Assembly (NCBI GenBank): GCA_965198065.1 | Contig: CBDAON010000004.1 | Span: 1,568,001-1,632,000, forward strand | Length of the DNA: 64,000 nt | Source: Longimicrobiales bacterium | GTDB taxonomy: Bacteria > Gemmatimonadota > Gemmatimonadetes > Longimicrobiales > Gaopeijiaceae | Direction: 5' to 3' | Part shown: in pieces, positions 20,550 through 30,929 of the stretch | How the letters are laid out: each line of letters starts with the position of its first letter | How positions within the stretch are numbered: the first letter of the stretch is position 1 | Notes under the pieces: model-generated | Databases searched by the model: none | Seen by the model: only the letters and a program-made list of their open reading frames with translations | Told to the model about the DNA's origin: nothing | Made by a program: the position numbers and the translations under genes

Positions 20550-21398
20550 ATGGGTATCGGGGCGGTGCTGGGCGGCGCGGCCGAGGGAGCCGGGCCGGGA
20601 CTCGGCCGGTTCTCGAACGCCCTCCTCCAGGTGATGGGCTCTCAGCAGCAACGCCGCGGCATGGAGGAGCAGCGGGAGTTCAGGGCCTCCGAATCCGCGT
20701 ACCGCCGGCATCGTGACCAGGTCAGCGACGCGGCCAGCCGTGAGGCCCTCGATCTCCAGGAGCGCACCCTCGAGGCGAGGACGAGGGATGCGGACCGGAG
20801 CTTCGCTCATGCTCTCCGAGCGGGTGGTTGGGATTTCGACTATCACCCCGAGGGGGCGCCCGCCCCGGCGTCCTCCATGACGATCGGCCCCCCGCGTCCC
20901 ATCGTCGGCCCCGGGGGAGGACCGGCTGCGGAGCCGGCGGCCGCGGGCGAAGGCATGAAGTTCGAGCTCCCCCCCCGCCAGGGCGTGGGCGACCGAATCT
21001 CGCGCCGGTTCACGGTCGGAGACTACAACCCCGACCAGGACCCAGCCCTGCAACGCCGGCTTCGAGAGATCGAGGCGACCGCGGCCGCGAGGCCCGGGCC
21101 CGCAGGCCCGACGATGTCCGTCGGAGGGATGACGGCGCCGACCACCCCGGCGGGCCGCGCCACCATCGAGGACCACATGAACTGGCGGTCGTCCCTGCCC
21201 GGCCAGACGCCGGCCGGAGCTCGGGACCCCGCGCGGGATCAGCTCCTCATCGGTGGAGCTCTCGCCCGGATGCAGGGTGAAGACGGTGAGATCGACTATC
21301 TGCGCCTCGAGTCCGTCCTCGACGAGCTCCGCCGGCGTCCCGGCGTGACGAACGACGACCTGGACCTGATTCGGGATCGCTTCACCCGGCAGTACTGA
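20550..21398 (+). CDS. Putative phage ejection protein
   Basis: AGGAG RBS; Gly/Ala-rich N-terminus followed by a Q/R/E coiled-coil-like stretch; TGATG coupling to the giant gene. Confidence 0.55.
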   Translation: MGIGAVLGGAAEGAGPGLGRFSNALLQVMGSQQQRRGMEEQREFRASESAYRRHRDQVSDAASREALDLQERTLEARTRDADRSFAHALRAGGWDFDYHPEGAPAPASSMTIGPPRPIVGPGGGPAAEPAAAGEGMKFELPPRQGVGDRISRRFTVGDYNPDQDPALQRRLREIEATAAARPGPAGPTMSVGGMTAPTTPAGRATIEDHMNWRSSLPGQTPAGARDPARDQLLIGGALARMQGEDGEIDYLRLESVLDELRRRPGVTNDDLDLIRDRFTRQY

Positions 21399-24300
21399 TG
21401 GCCTCGCACGACCCTTGGGACGCGCTCTTCGGAGCGGGAGAGCTGGGCGAGCCCGGAGCTCCCACGGCCACCGCTCCTCCCGCCGGCTCTCCGGACCCCT
21501 GGGACGATCTCTTCGGAGCTCCCGCCTACGCCCCGCCGCCGGCCGCGCCCGAAGAGCCCCGCATGTCCATCGGCGCGCGGATCTCCGCGCCGTTCAGAGC
21601 AGGCTGGGAAGGGCTCAGGCGCGGTAGTGTCGCAACGGTGCCCGAGCTCGCGGGCAACGTGCTCGAGCAGTTCGGAGCGGAGGAGCTCGGTGGCCGCATA
21701 GAGGCGGGCGCCGAGCGGCGCGGGTCACGGTTGGCCGAACAGTGGGAGAGCCCGCAGTTCCGTGACGCCCCCGTCTCGTGGCTGGCCGAGAACCTCGGAC
21801 AAGCACTGCCCACGACGGTCCCGTCGATCGCCGGCGCAGCCGTCGGCTCCTTGCTCGGTCCGGCCGGCACGATCGCCGGCGCCGCCATCCCCGCCTACCT
21901 GATGGGTGTCGGCGACATCCGGGGCGAGCTCGAGGACGCGGGCATGGAAGAGGGCGCCGGCATGAGTGCCCTCACCCTGGGGGGAGCCGTCCCCTACGCG
22001 GCGGCCGACATCCTCATGCCCGCCCGTGTCGGGCGCGCGCTGGCGAGCGGCGGGGCCAAACGTGGATTCGGGGCGATGTTCCGCGCCGCGATGCGCGGCG
22101 GCGCCGAGGAGACGTTCGCGGAGGGTGCGCAGTCCCTCGTATCGCAGGGCGCGGCCGCGGTCGGCACCGGCCAGGAGATCGACCTCCGCCGGATCGGTGA
22201 GGAAGCGGTGCGCGGCGGCGCTGCGGGCGTCTTCCTCGGTGGCGGCGGCCAGGCGGCGGCATCCGTGCTCCCTGCCCGCGATACCGCCGACCCGTCAGCA
22301 GACCCGGGGGCCGCCCCCACCGCGCCCCAGAGAGACGAGGACCCGTGGGACTCCCTACCCGGCCACCCCGGCGGTCCCGGAGGCCGTACAGGACGACGTC
22401 GTGGCTCCGCCGGCGGCTCCCGAAACGGAGCTTATGCCAGAGGAGGCCGCACAGAATCTTCCGCCTGTAACTGAATCTGAAACAGAAACAGGCCCTGCAG
22501 TTTCTGAAACGCCCACGTGGGCCCGGGAGTCGATCGTCGACGAGGATCCGGACCAGGCTCCGGCTCCCCCCGAGCGCCGACAGCGTTCGATCTTTCCCGG
22601 GGACGACCGGAAGGTCGAGACCGAGTACACCGTGGTCGAGGCGGACCGGCTCAAGGCCAGTCACACGGCGAATTACGCGCAGCGGGCGCCCGAGGAGTTC
22701 CCGGCCGAGATCCAGGGCCGTGCCTATCACGGGCAGCGCGGCCGCCAGGCGCGCGAGCACACCGAGCAGATCGTGTCCGGCTTCGATCCGGACCGGGCGC
22801 TGGACCGGACGTCGTCGGCTGCCGAGGGCCCGCCGATCGTGACGCCGTCCGGGGTCGCGGTGGCAGGCAACGGCCGGATTATCGCGCAGCAGCGCCTCTA
22901 CGAGAGCGCCCCCGAGAGGGGAACCGAGCTGAAGGGTGCGCTCCAGGAGCGGGCGGCGGACTTCGGGCTCGATCCTGCCCAGGTCGCCGGTATGGAGCGG
23001 CCCGTCCTCGTCCGGCGGATCGTGGACCCCGAGGTGGACGTCACGAACGTCGAGCAGCTCCGCGAGCTCAACGCGAGCTCGGACCAGCCCATCGGGAAGA
23101 CGAAGGATCCGCTCTCGGAGGCGCAGGGGAAGGCGGCGCAGTTCCGCGAAGCCCGGGGGGCTCTCGACCACTTCGCGGCCACGGCCGATCCGGACGCGAC
23201 GATCCGGTCCTACCTGGGGACCGGGTCGGGGCGCGACTTCCTGGGCGAGCTCGTCGACGACGGGGTCATTTCCAAGGGGGAGCGGGCCCGATTCGCGGAC
23301 GCGACGACGGGGGTGGCCACCGAGGAGGGGCGCCAGCTCATCGAGCGGATGTTCTACGTGGCGGCGATCGGGGACCCGGATGTGATCTCGCGCGCGCCGC
23401 CGGCCGTGCTCCGCAAGCTGGACACCTCCCTACCGGCGATCATCCGCGCGGACCGGATCGGTGGCGGCTGGGAGATCGGGCCGCTCGTGAGGGAGTCGCT
23501 CGACCTTCTGGCGGGGGCGAGGGCGGGCGACATGAATCTCGACGACCTGGTCGCTCAGCGCGACTTCACCCGCCCGGCTCCCGACGAGCACGTGGTCGAG
23601 ATGGCCCGGTTCCTCGAGAGCGGGAAGGCCAACGTCCGCGACGCCTTCCGGGCCTACGCGAACCAGGCGGAAGCGTTCACCCGGGGCACCGCGTCCGACG
23701 ATCTCTTCGGGTTCGAGCCGGCGGGCCCCGAGGAGTCTCAGTCCATCTTCGGGAAGGCCGCGCTCGCGCCACGTGGCGATCCGCGTACGGCGCTCAGGCA
23801 GATGCTTTCCTTGCCGGGCGAGCCCTCCCAGGGGTCGGCGGCCGAGCCCGAGCGGATCTTCGGCCGGCGGGAGGAACGGGAACGCCAGGAGTGGGAACGG
23901 CTCGGCGAGGGCCTGTCCGAAGAGGATGCGGCCACCAGAGAGCGGATGTTCCCGTTCATCGCCAAGGCGCGGGAGAACCAGAAGCTGCAGTTCAGCGAGG
24001 AGGAGCTCGCGGCGGCCGCCGGCCGGGAGCAGCGCAGCCCCTACGATTTCCTAGAGACCAGGGCTGCGCGTGAGCGGGCCGCCAACGCTCCGCAGGACAC
24101 GTACCTGATAGACACTCCGGAGCGGCTCACGCTGCGCCGTAAGATCGCCGACCTGCTCTACAACACCCGCATCGCGGCGCGGAAGCGGGAGAAGCGGGCG
24201 TTTGTGGTCATCGGGCCCGCCGGCGCCGGCAAGACCCGGGTCGTCTCCGGCCGGCTCATCGACGAGCATGGCGCCCTCGAGATCGACGCCGACCTGGCCA

Positions 24301-27300
24301 AGCCTCACCTGCCGGAGTACGAGGGCGGCATCAACGCCAAGGGCGTCCACGTCGAGTCTTCCCTGATTGCGGAGGAGCGCGTGATGTCCCAGGCACTGGC
24401 GGCCGGCGACAATATCGTGCTGTCGAAGATCGGTAAGAACACCGCCTCCATGAAACCCATCCTCGACCAGCTCAGGGAAGCCGGGTACGTCACGGATCTC
24501 TACCTGGTCGATCTCGACCCCATGCTGGCCGCCGGTCGGGCGCTGACACGCTTCTACGAGGGTGGCCGGTTCGTCGACCCGGTCTATGGGATCGAGGATG
24601 TCGGCCGGAAGCCCCAGCAGACGTTCGTCGACTTGAAGAGCGATCCGGCTGTCAGTAGATTTACTTGGTTTGACAACGATGTGGAGAGGGGGCAACCGCC
24701 CCGCCTTGTAGAGGAAGGAAAGAATGGCCAAGCGCGATCCGATGGACTTCTCTTTCGCGAAGGGCCTCAAGCGGGAGGACTTCGAGAGGGACGGGATCCT
24801 GGACCTGGAGGGTATGGCCGACGCGGCCGCGGAGCTCGGGAGGAAGGCGGACCGGGCCGACGCGGCGAAGGAGAAGGCGGCACAGCAGTAGGTCCGTCCG
24901 CAGTACATCCGCTGGCCCCCACCGCCGAGGTATCCGAGCAGCTCCGTAGCGCCGGCACGTTCGCCGAGGGCACATCGATGGAGGCGCCCAAGGCCACGGC
25001 CATCGTGCGCGATCTCCAGAAGGTCCTGCACGTGCAGCTCGAGGGCCTGAAGGTCTCCGAGGGCAAGCTCCAGAAGCGGGGCATCTTCCGCCGGGCTCTC
25101 GCACAGGTGGACCCCCGGGCCCAGGTCGTACGCGCCGTCTCCCTCTCCGACGTCGCCTCGATCGGCCACGAGTACGGCCACCTCATGCAGAAGCTCCTCC
25201 TGGGCGCCTCGGAGGCCGGGGGGATCGACAACGCCACGCTCGCGCGCCTCCCGGGGGCCGTGCGCGGCGAGCTCCAGGACCTTGCCCAGGGGATCAGCAA
25301 CGAATCGCTCACCGAGGGATGGGCCGAGTTCTGGCGGATCTACCTGGACAACCCCGACACCCTCGGGACCGAGGCGCCCAACGTGCTCAACCACGTCGAG
25401 GGCCTCCTCGAGACCCACCCGGCCGTCAGGAACGCATGGACGGACGCCCGTGAGCAATGGAAGCTGCACCGCGACGCCTCGCCCCAGGCCAGGGTCCGGA
25501 GCCACATATCGGTCGGAGAGGGCGATCCGGACGCGCTCTCGATCGACGGTAAGTGGATGCGGTTCCGAACGAACGTGCTGGACGACTTCGAGGCGATCCG
25601 GAAGGTGGTCGCCCATGTGCGGGAGCGGACCGGCGACGAGCTCACCATCGCGGAGGACGTGGAGACGCTCGCCAGGCTGTCGCGCGGTGCGTCCGGGATC
25701 GCCGACATGTTCATCGGCGAGAAGCAGGGCGACCGCTTCATCGGCGGTCAGGTGGACTTCGGGACGCTCGAGCGGAGGCGGAAGAGCCTGACCGAGATCC
25801 TAGACCCCGTGGAGGACCAGCTCGACGACTTCCGCGATTACATCGTGGCCAGGCGCGCGCAGGAGCTCCACGGACGCGATCTCCTCACCGGGATCCGGGA
25901 CGAGGACGTCAAGTGGACGATCCGTCACCTCGAGGACCGCTACGGCGAGAGCTTCAAGCCGGCCTTCGACGAGCTTCAGGAGTACAACAAGGCGCTGCTT
26001 CGGTTCCTCGTCGACTCGGGTGTGATTTCAGAGGAGACCTTCGACCAGATCGTCGAGGTGAATCAGAATCACGTGCCGTTCTACCGGGTCCGCGAAGGGG
26101 GAGGCGGAGCCCTCGGCGCCGGATCCGGGTTCGGGACGCTCTGGAGCCCGGTCAAGCGGTTCAAGGGCAGCGGCCGGGACATCATCGACCCGCTCGAGAG
26201 CATCCTCAAGAACACGTACAACTACGTCCAGGTCGCACAGAACCAGCGAGTCTCGACCGCCCTCGCGAGCCTGGCCGAGAAGCCGGGCGTCGGCGACCTC
26301 TTCGAGCAGCTCCTCACGCCGATGAAGCGGCAACAATTCACCGTCGGGGAGATCGAGAAGGACCTGAAGGAATCCGTTCCCGGCTACGAGCAGCTCCTCG
26401 AGAAGCTCGAGAAGGCCGGCGTCGACCCGAGCTCGGAGCTCTTCGCCGTCTTCCGGCCGGGTGACTACCACGGGAAGGAGAACACGATCTCCGTCCTGGA
26501 GGAGGGGAAGCGGAAGTGGTTCGAGGTCGACCCCGAGCTCTACAAGGCGCTCGAGGGCCTGAACACCGAACAGCGTGACGCTTGGGTGCGGGCGATGTCC
26601 GCGCCGGCGCGCTGGCTTCGGGCCGGCGCCACGCTCAACCCCGCCTTCATGATCCGTAACTTCATACGCGATCAGCGCATGGCGTTCGTCCAGAGCGAGC
26701 ACGGGTACCGACCCGTCTGGGATTTCGCGCTCGGGGTCTTCGAGGCGGTCAAGAAGGGCGAGACGTACGAACAGTTCATGGTTTCCGGCGCGCACCGCGG
26801 GACCATGCTCGGTCTCGACCGGGATTCGCAGCAGCGCAACCTGCAGAAGCTCTTGAAGAGCGACGGTGTGCCGAACGTCCTCAAGAATCCGCTCGACATC
26901 CTGCGGGCCTTGTCCGAGCTGTCCGAGACGGGCACACGGATGGGCGAGTTCATGCGGGCCCGGGAGAAGCTCGGGGAATCGGGGGAGGCGCTCCAGAAGA
27001 GCGGTGCGGCCGCCCGGGAGGTGTCAGTCGACTTCGCCAGGCACGGTGCTAAGACGACCGCGCTTAGGGGGATGGCGGCTTTCTGGAACGCGCGGATGCA
27101 GGGCTACGACCGTTTGGGGCGCGCGGTGAAGAAGAGTCCCGTGAAGTTCATGGCGACGACGTTCGGTGCGGTGACGCTCCCCTCCATGCTCCTCTACTTC
27201 GTCAACCGTGACGAGCCGGAGTTTTGGGAGATTCCGCAGTGGCGGCGCGATCTCTTCGACATGGTGAAGGTGAACGACACCTGGCTCAGCATCCCGAAGC

Positions 27301-27938
27301 CGTTCGAGCTGGGGCTCTTGTTCGGGACGCTCCCGGTCCGCGTGCTCTCGGCGATCGAGAACACTCCCGGCGGTTCGGAGGAGCTCCGGAGGTTCTTCGA
27401 GGACACGCTCTCGAAGGAGCTGACCTCGATCGGGCCGGCGCCGACGGCCGTCATGCCGCTCATCGAGAACCTCACGAACTGGAGCTTTTTCCTCCAGCGG
27501 CCGATCGTGCCACGGAGCGAGGAGAACGTCCGCGACCGCGAGCAGGGGAACGAGCGGACTTCCGAGATCGCGAAGCTCCTGGCCCGGTGGTCGCCGGGCC
27601 CCGAGGGGATTTCTCCCCGCTCGATCGACAACCTCCTCTATTCGTGGACGGGAGGACTCGGCCGCCTCGCAAGCCGTGGGGTGGACCTGGGCGTCGACGT
27701 CGCTACGGGGAAGCCCCCCGGGCCGACCAGGCAGGCTGCGGACTATCCGGGGATCCGGGGCGTCACCATCCGCACACCCGGGCTCTCGTCAGAGTCCGTC
27801 GAGCGCCTCTACCGGGAGCTCGCGAAGGCTCGCACCGCTCGGGCCACGCTGCGCCACTTCGAGCGCGAGGGCCGCACGGAGGACTTCGAGCGTGAGGCCA
27901 GGGACCCCGAACAGGCGGAGCTCCGGGCACAGGCAACC
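21398..27938 (+). CDS. Large polyvalent protein (~2180 aa): Gly/Ala-rich N-terminus, DdrB-like ParB domain, zeta-toxin-like P-loop kinase, HExxH metallopeptidase-like region, LPD38; +1 frameshift near 22358 and 3'-truncated
   Basis: YTVVEADRLKASH/PIVTPSG..VAGNGR/PVLVRR (~22620-23020); GPAGAGKT..IDAD..HVESS..GRFVDP (~24200-24580); GHEYGH (25164-25181) with EGWAEF; IPKPFELG..ISPRSIDNLL..WTGGLG (~27220-27665). Confidence 0.78.
24633..24661 (+). promoter_or_regulatory. Internal sigma70-like promoter within the end of the zeta-toxin domain
   Basis: TTGAAG (24633-38), 17 bp, TAGATT (24656-61) in a locally AT-rich patch, 62 bp upstream of the nested ATG. Confidence 0.55.
24724..24891 (+). CDS. Nested +1-frame 55-aa protein MAKRDPMDFSFAKGLKREDFERDGILDLEGMADAAAELGRKADRADAAKEKAAQQ; candidate antitoxin/immunity protein
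   Basis: GAGGAAGGAAAGA RBS before ATG; 51 of 55 codons end in G/C in this frame, while the host frame becomes A/T-ending and G/R-rich; below the ORF track length cut-off. Confidence 0.7.
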   Translation: MAKRDPMDFSFAKGLKREDFERDGILDLEGMADAAAELGRKADRADAAKEKAAQQ

Positions 27939-28418
27939 CCTCGTGTACGCTGCCCGGAGGCCCTCCTGGAGCGCCGACGGCGTAGCTACGGCCGCTGCGA
28001 CCCTACGGCCGCTCTGGAACTGGAGGTCGTCCACAGTCGAGAGGTCGAGCGGGTCCTCCATGGCGACGAGGAGCGAGCGCCCGGTGAGGCGCAGGGGGAG
28101 TACCCTTCGCCTGCGCGCGAACCCGGCGTTGACGAGCCTCAAGGCTTCGGCCCCGGGCCGGAGGGGCCCGGCCTCGAACGGAAGCCCGAGCTGCCTGGCC
28201 AGGGTGCTGGCGACCTCGTCCTCGCCAGCGACCCCGAGCCGGGCAATCACCGCGCCGAGCCGCTCTCCGGATTCGCGTTGCGCCGCGAGCGCCCGCTCGA
28301 GGTCGCGGGGCCGGAGTGTCCCCTCCTCGACGAGGAGCGCGCCCAGCACGCGCGTTTTCGAGTCGGCGGCGTCGGGGAGGGCGGTCCTGGGGGCCACGCC
28401 GGACGATAAGGACGCCAC
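27939..28418 (-). pseudogene. GspE/PilB-type ATPase, 5' part (MshEN/T2SSE_N domain)
   Basis: Tandem MshEN-like motifs RVLGALLVEEG..LERALAAQ and RLGAVIARLG..LARQ, then VAMEDPLD..DDLQFQSG..LRAAY; ends at the insertion. Confidence 0.85.
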
Positions 28419-28569
28419 CGGAGCGGAAGGATGGGTCGATGGGTCGGTGGCGCTCCGGTCGGCGGTGTCCCCTGGGGGCGACGAGCCGGCTACGCCCGTC
28501 CAATCTCCGCCAGAACGCCGTCCCGACGTCGCCGCCCTGGAGTGGAGCTCGCGGGGCCGTCCGAGGGTG

Positions 28570-29127
28570 CTAGCTGGCCGGCCGCAGATCTATCGCAACG
28601 CGGACCGTAATGTGCCCGACATCGGCGCGCTCCCTCACCGCGTCCCGAAGTCGCTGCTCCATCTTCTTGTATGCTCCCATCACCCCGGAGCGGAGGTCTC
28701 CCCGGAGGATACGCAGAGCGTTGGCGTCCGGGCTGCTCGTCTTCGAGACCTTCCGGGTTTCGTCCAGACGGTCGGGCCGAATCTCGAACGGGCTGAGCCC
28801 GACGTCGTCGGGCCGATCATGGTCCAGGTACGAGACCGTGACGCTCACGTCTCCACGAGCGTGGTGGCTCGAGATGTCTCCAACGGTCTGGAACCTCTGT
28901 GCGAGGCGCCGCATCTCTAGACCGGACGCCGTTGCCACGTACGCCTTCTCGATGAGCCCGAAGATCCTGCGCAGGCGCTCGGCCGGCGTGGCGTCACCCG
29001 TCGGCACCTCCGTGCCGAGCTCGCGAGCCGCGGCCTCCCGCGCGAAGTCGTCTCGGCCCTCATCGTCCCGGCTGCGCTGGCGGTCGATGTGCTCGAGAAT
29101 GCGGTCCGGGTTCGTGCGAAAGCTCAT
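28570..29127 (-). CDS. Hypothetical protein
   Basis: Coherent protein-like ORF starting MSFRTNPDRILEHID with GGAG RBS and high GC3. Confidence 0.7.
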   Translation of the reverse strand: MSFRTNPDRILEHIDRQRSRDDEGRDDFAREAAARELGTEVPTGDATPAERLRRIFGLIEKAYVATASGLEMRRLAQRFQTVGDISSHHARGDVSVTVSYLDHDRPDDVGLSPFEIRPDRLDETRKVSKTSSPDANALRILRGDLRSGVMGAYKKMEQRLRDAVRERADVGHITVRVAIDLRPAS

Positions 29128-29459
29128 GTACGACTCCACGCGGGCATGAGGGACGGGAGTGGGGTGGTGGAGGATAACCGCGCGTGCGGGAGGGGCCAAG
29201 AGCGCCGTGCCCGTGCCCCTGCTGAGCCCACGGGGCCGCCAACTCGGAGCTGCGGGAAGTGGGTCTTCCGGCGGAGACGCGGCCGACGGGTGGTCGGGCC
29301 TACCGGCCCCTTCCCGTCCGGGTCGTCAAGATCCTGGTGCTCCGGGTCCGCGCTTTCGAGCGCTGCGCGAGAGCCCGGCGGCATGGGTGCTGCGGCCCTG
29401 TTGTTCCTGGTCATCCCGGCGCTGATGCCCAAGAGCCAGGGCCACCCATGGTGAGCGGA

Positions 29460-29948
29460 TCAGCGTGGGCCGAAGATCAGGCTCGCCCGGCTGCCCTCCC
29501 CGATTCCCCTTGAGGAAAACCATGCCCGCGGGACCTCCAACGCGAACATTGCGGGGCGATCGGAAAAGTGGAAGTACTCCGACTGCGGGTCCATCTGGCT
29601 GATGTTGATGACCGTGAACGCCCGATCGAGGAACGCCACGTCGAGCGGGATCAACGTGTCCTTCATCCAGAACGAGCGAATGGCCTCGTCGGTCCAGACG
29701 AAGAGCATCCCCTCCCCTTCCGCCAACTGCTCGCGGTACATGAGGCCCTGCTGCCTCGCGTCCTCAGTGTCCGCCACCTCAGCCGTGACGGTGTCCGCGC
29801 CGAAGGCGACCCAGGCGTACCCCTGAGGTGGGAACGCGCCCGCGCCGTCGGTACCGGACGGCCCGTCGTCGCCGGCACAGGCGAGGACGGTGAGCGAGAG
29901 CAGGTGAGTGAAGAGCACGGAGCGTATCGGCACGGTCGCAGCCTCCAT
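29460..29948 (-). CDS. DUF192 domain lipoprotein
   Basis: LAC lipobox; AEVADT..GLMYR..GMLFV..FWMKDTLIPLD..ALEV. Confidence 0.9.
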   Translation of the reverse strand: MEAATVPIRSVLFTHLLSLTVLACAGDDGPSGTDGAGAFPPQGYAWVAFGADTVTAEVADTEDARQQGLMYREQLAEGEGMLFVWTDEAIRSFWMKDTLIPLDVAFLDRAFTVINISQMDPQSEYFHFSDRPAMFALEVPRAWFSSRGIGEGSRASLIFGPR

Positions 29949-30058
29949 GGGTTAATGCTAAGTTAGCCGGGCCGTACTGCAACTCGGCTCTGGGGCCCAT
30001 CCGCCCCCGGGTCTCCAGGTGACCGCGTGGCGGTTGACAGCGAAATGGGGTCTTCAAG

Positions 30059-30316
30059 ATGCTGGATCCGGAGCTCCTGGAAATCCTGGTTTGCCCGGAA
30101 ACAAAGGCCCGGGTGCACCTGGCGGACGACGCTCTCGTCGAGCGGGTCAACGGCGCGATCGACGGAGGCAACCTGACGAACCGAGGCGGTCTCAAGGTGG
30201 GGCAGCGGATCGATGGCGGCCTCGTCCGCGAAGATCGCAAGCTTCTCTACCCGATCATCGATGGGATCCCGGTGATGCTCATCGACCAGGCCCTGCCCCT
30301 CGAGGGCCTCGTCTAG
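30059..30316 (+). CDS. Trm112 family protein
   Basis: LLEILVCP..YPIIDGIPVML. Confidence 0.85.
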   Translation: MLDPELLEILVCPETKARVHLADDALVERVNGAIDGGNLTNRGGLKVGQRIDGGLVREDRKLLYPIIDGIPVMLIDQALPLEGLV

Positions 30317-30562
30317 CTACCTGCTGAAGCACGCGACGTTCCGGCACGCCCAGCGGAACGTTCGCCGTGGAGGGCAGCGGGCCGATGGTCGGTTCCGATC
30401 CTTCTCCTCACTCACCATCGGCGGGTGCTCCAGGAACGGGGCCCTCATCATGTGGATCCCCGGTACGTTCGTTTTCTGGATGGCCATGACCGTCGTATTC
30501 TTCCGGTGGACGAAAGACGCGTACCGATCCTGGAAGGCCGACCCCGAAGCTCCGGCGCCCCT

Positions 30563-30778
30563 ATGATGTCTCTCATCGTCTTTCACCGCGGCCTCATCGC
30601 GACGGCGATCGTCTTCTGCTTCGGCTACGCCGGTTGGGAGATCCTGTCGTTTACGCGGGGGGGCGGGGCGCTCCCGCTCGTGATCGGGTGTATCTTCGCA
30701 ATTCTCGGTGGGGCGCTCGGGTACTATCTGGCGCGTCTCACGTACTTCCTGGGATACGACTCGCGGGACGAGGGGTAG
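30563..30778 (+). CDS. Small two-TM membrane protein
   Basis: MSLIVFHRGLIATAIVFCFGYAGW..; two hydrophobic helices. Confidence 0.55.
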   Translation: MMSLIVFHRGLIATAIVFCFGYAGWEILSFTRGGGALPLVIGCIFAILGGALGYYLARLTYFLGYDSRDEG

Positions 30779-30929
30779 CGCTCAAACGGTACGGTCGAAG
30801 GGATCGGTGGTGGGGGCCCATCACGGTCAGGCCGGCGATGAGGTTTTCGGCGAGCACCTCCACCGGCCCGAGGTGATCCCGCTCACCCAGGGCGCTGCGA
30901 AGCGATCGGCACCTGGGGCTCCGGGGTTC

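Larger units (their letters stand above)
20171..27938 (+). mobile_element. Phage-derived cassette (virion ejection/polyvalent protein genes) inserted in gspE/pilB; no integrase or transposase present
   Basis: Bounded by the two halves of one ATPase gene; three tightly coupled + strand ORFs; boundaries uncertain by a few bp. Confidence 0.8.

Noticed and set aside
21966..22355. Listed start of the 2147-aa ORF
   Set aside because: Off-frame R/P-rich translation overlapping the true N-terminal coding frame (21398 onward).
24670..24700. Second internal promoter from TTGACA at 24670
   Set aside because: No credible -10 element at 16-18 bp spacing.
20167..27943. CCTCG as att core or target-site duplication of an integrative element
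   Set aside because: Only 5 bp; excision through it leaves gspE out of frame, and no recombinase is encoded.
27939..28409. C-terminal ~155 aa of the 2147-aa ORF as a real domain
   Set aside because: It is antisense read-through into the MshEN half of gspE after the insertion junction.
29124..29459. Small ORFs between the hypothetical gene and DUF192
   Set aside because: No motif, RBS or clear codon bias in any frame.
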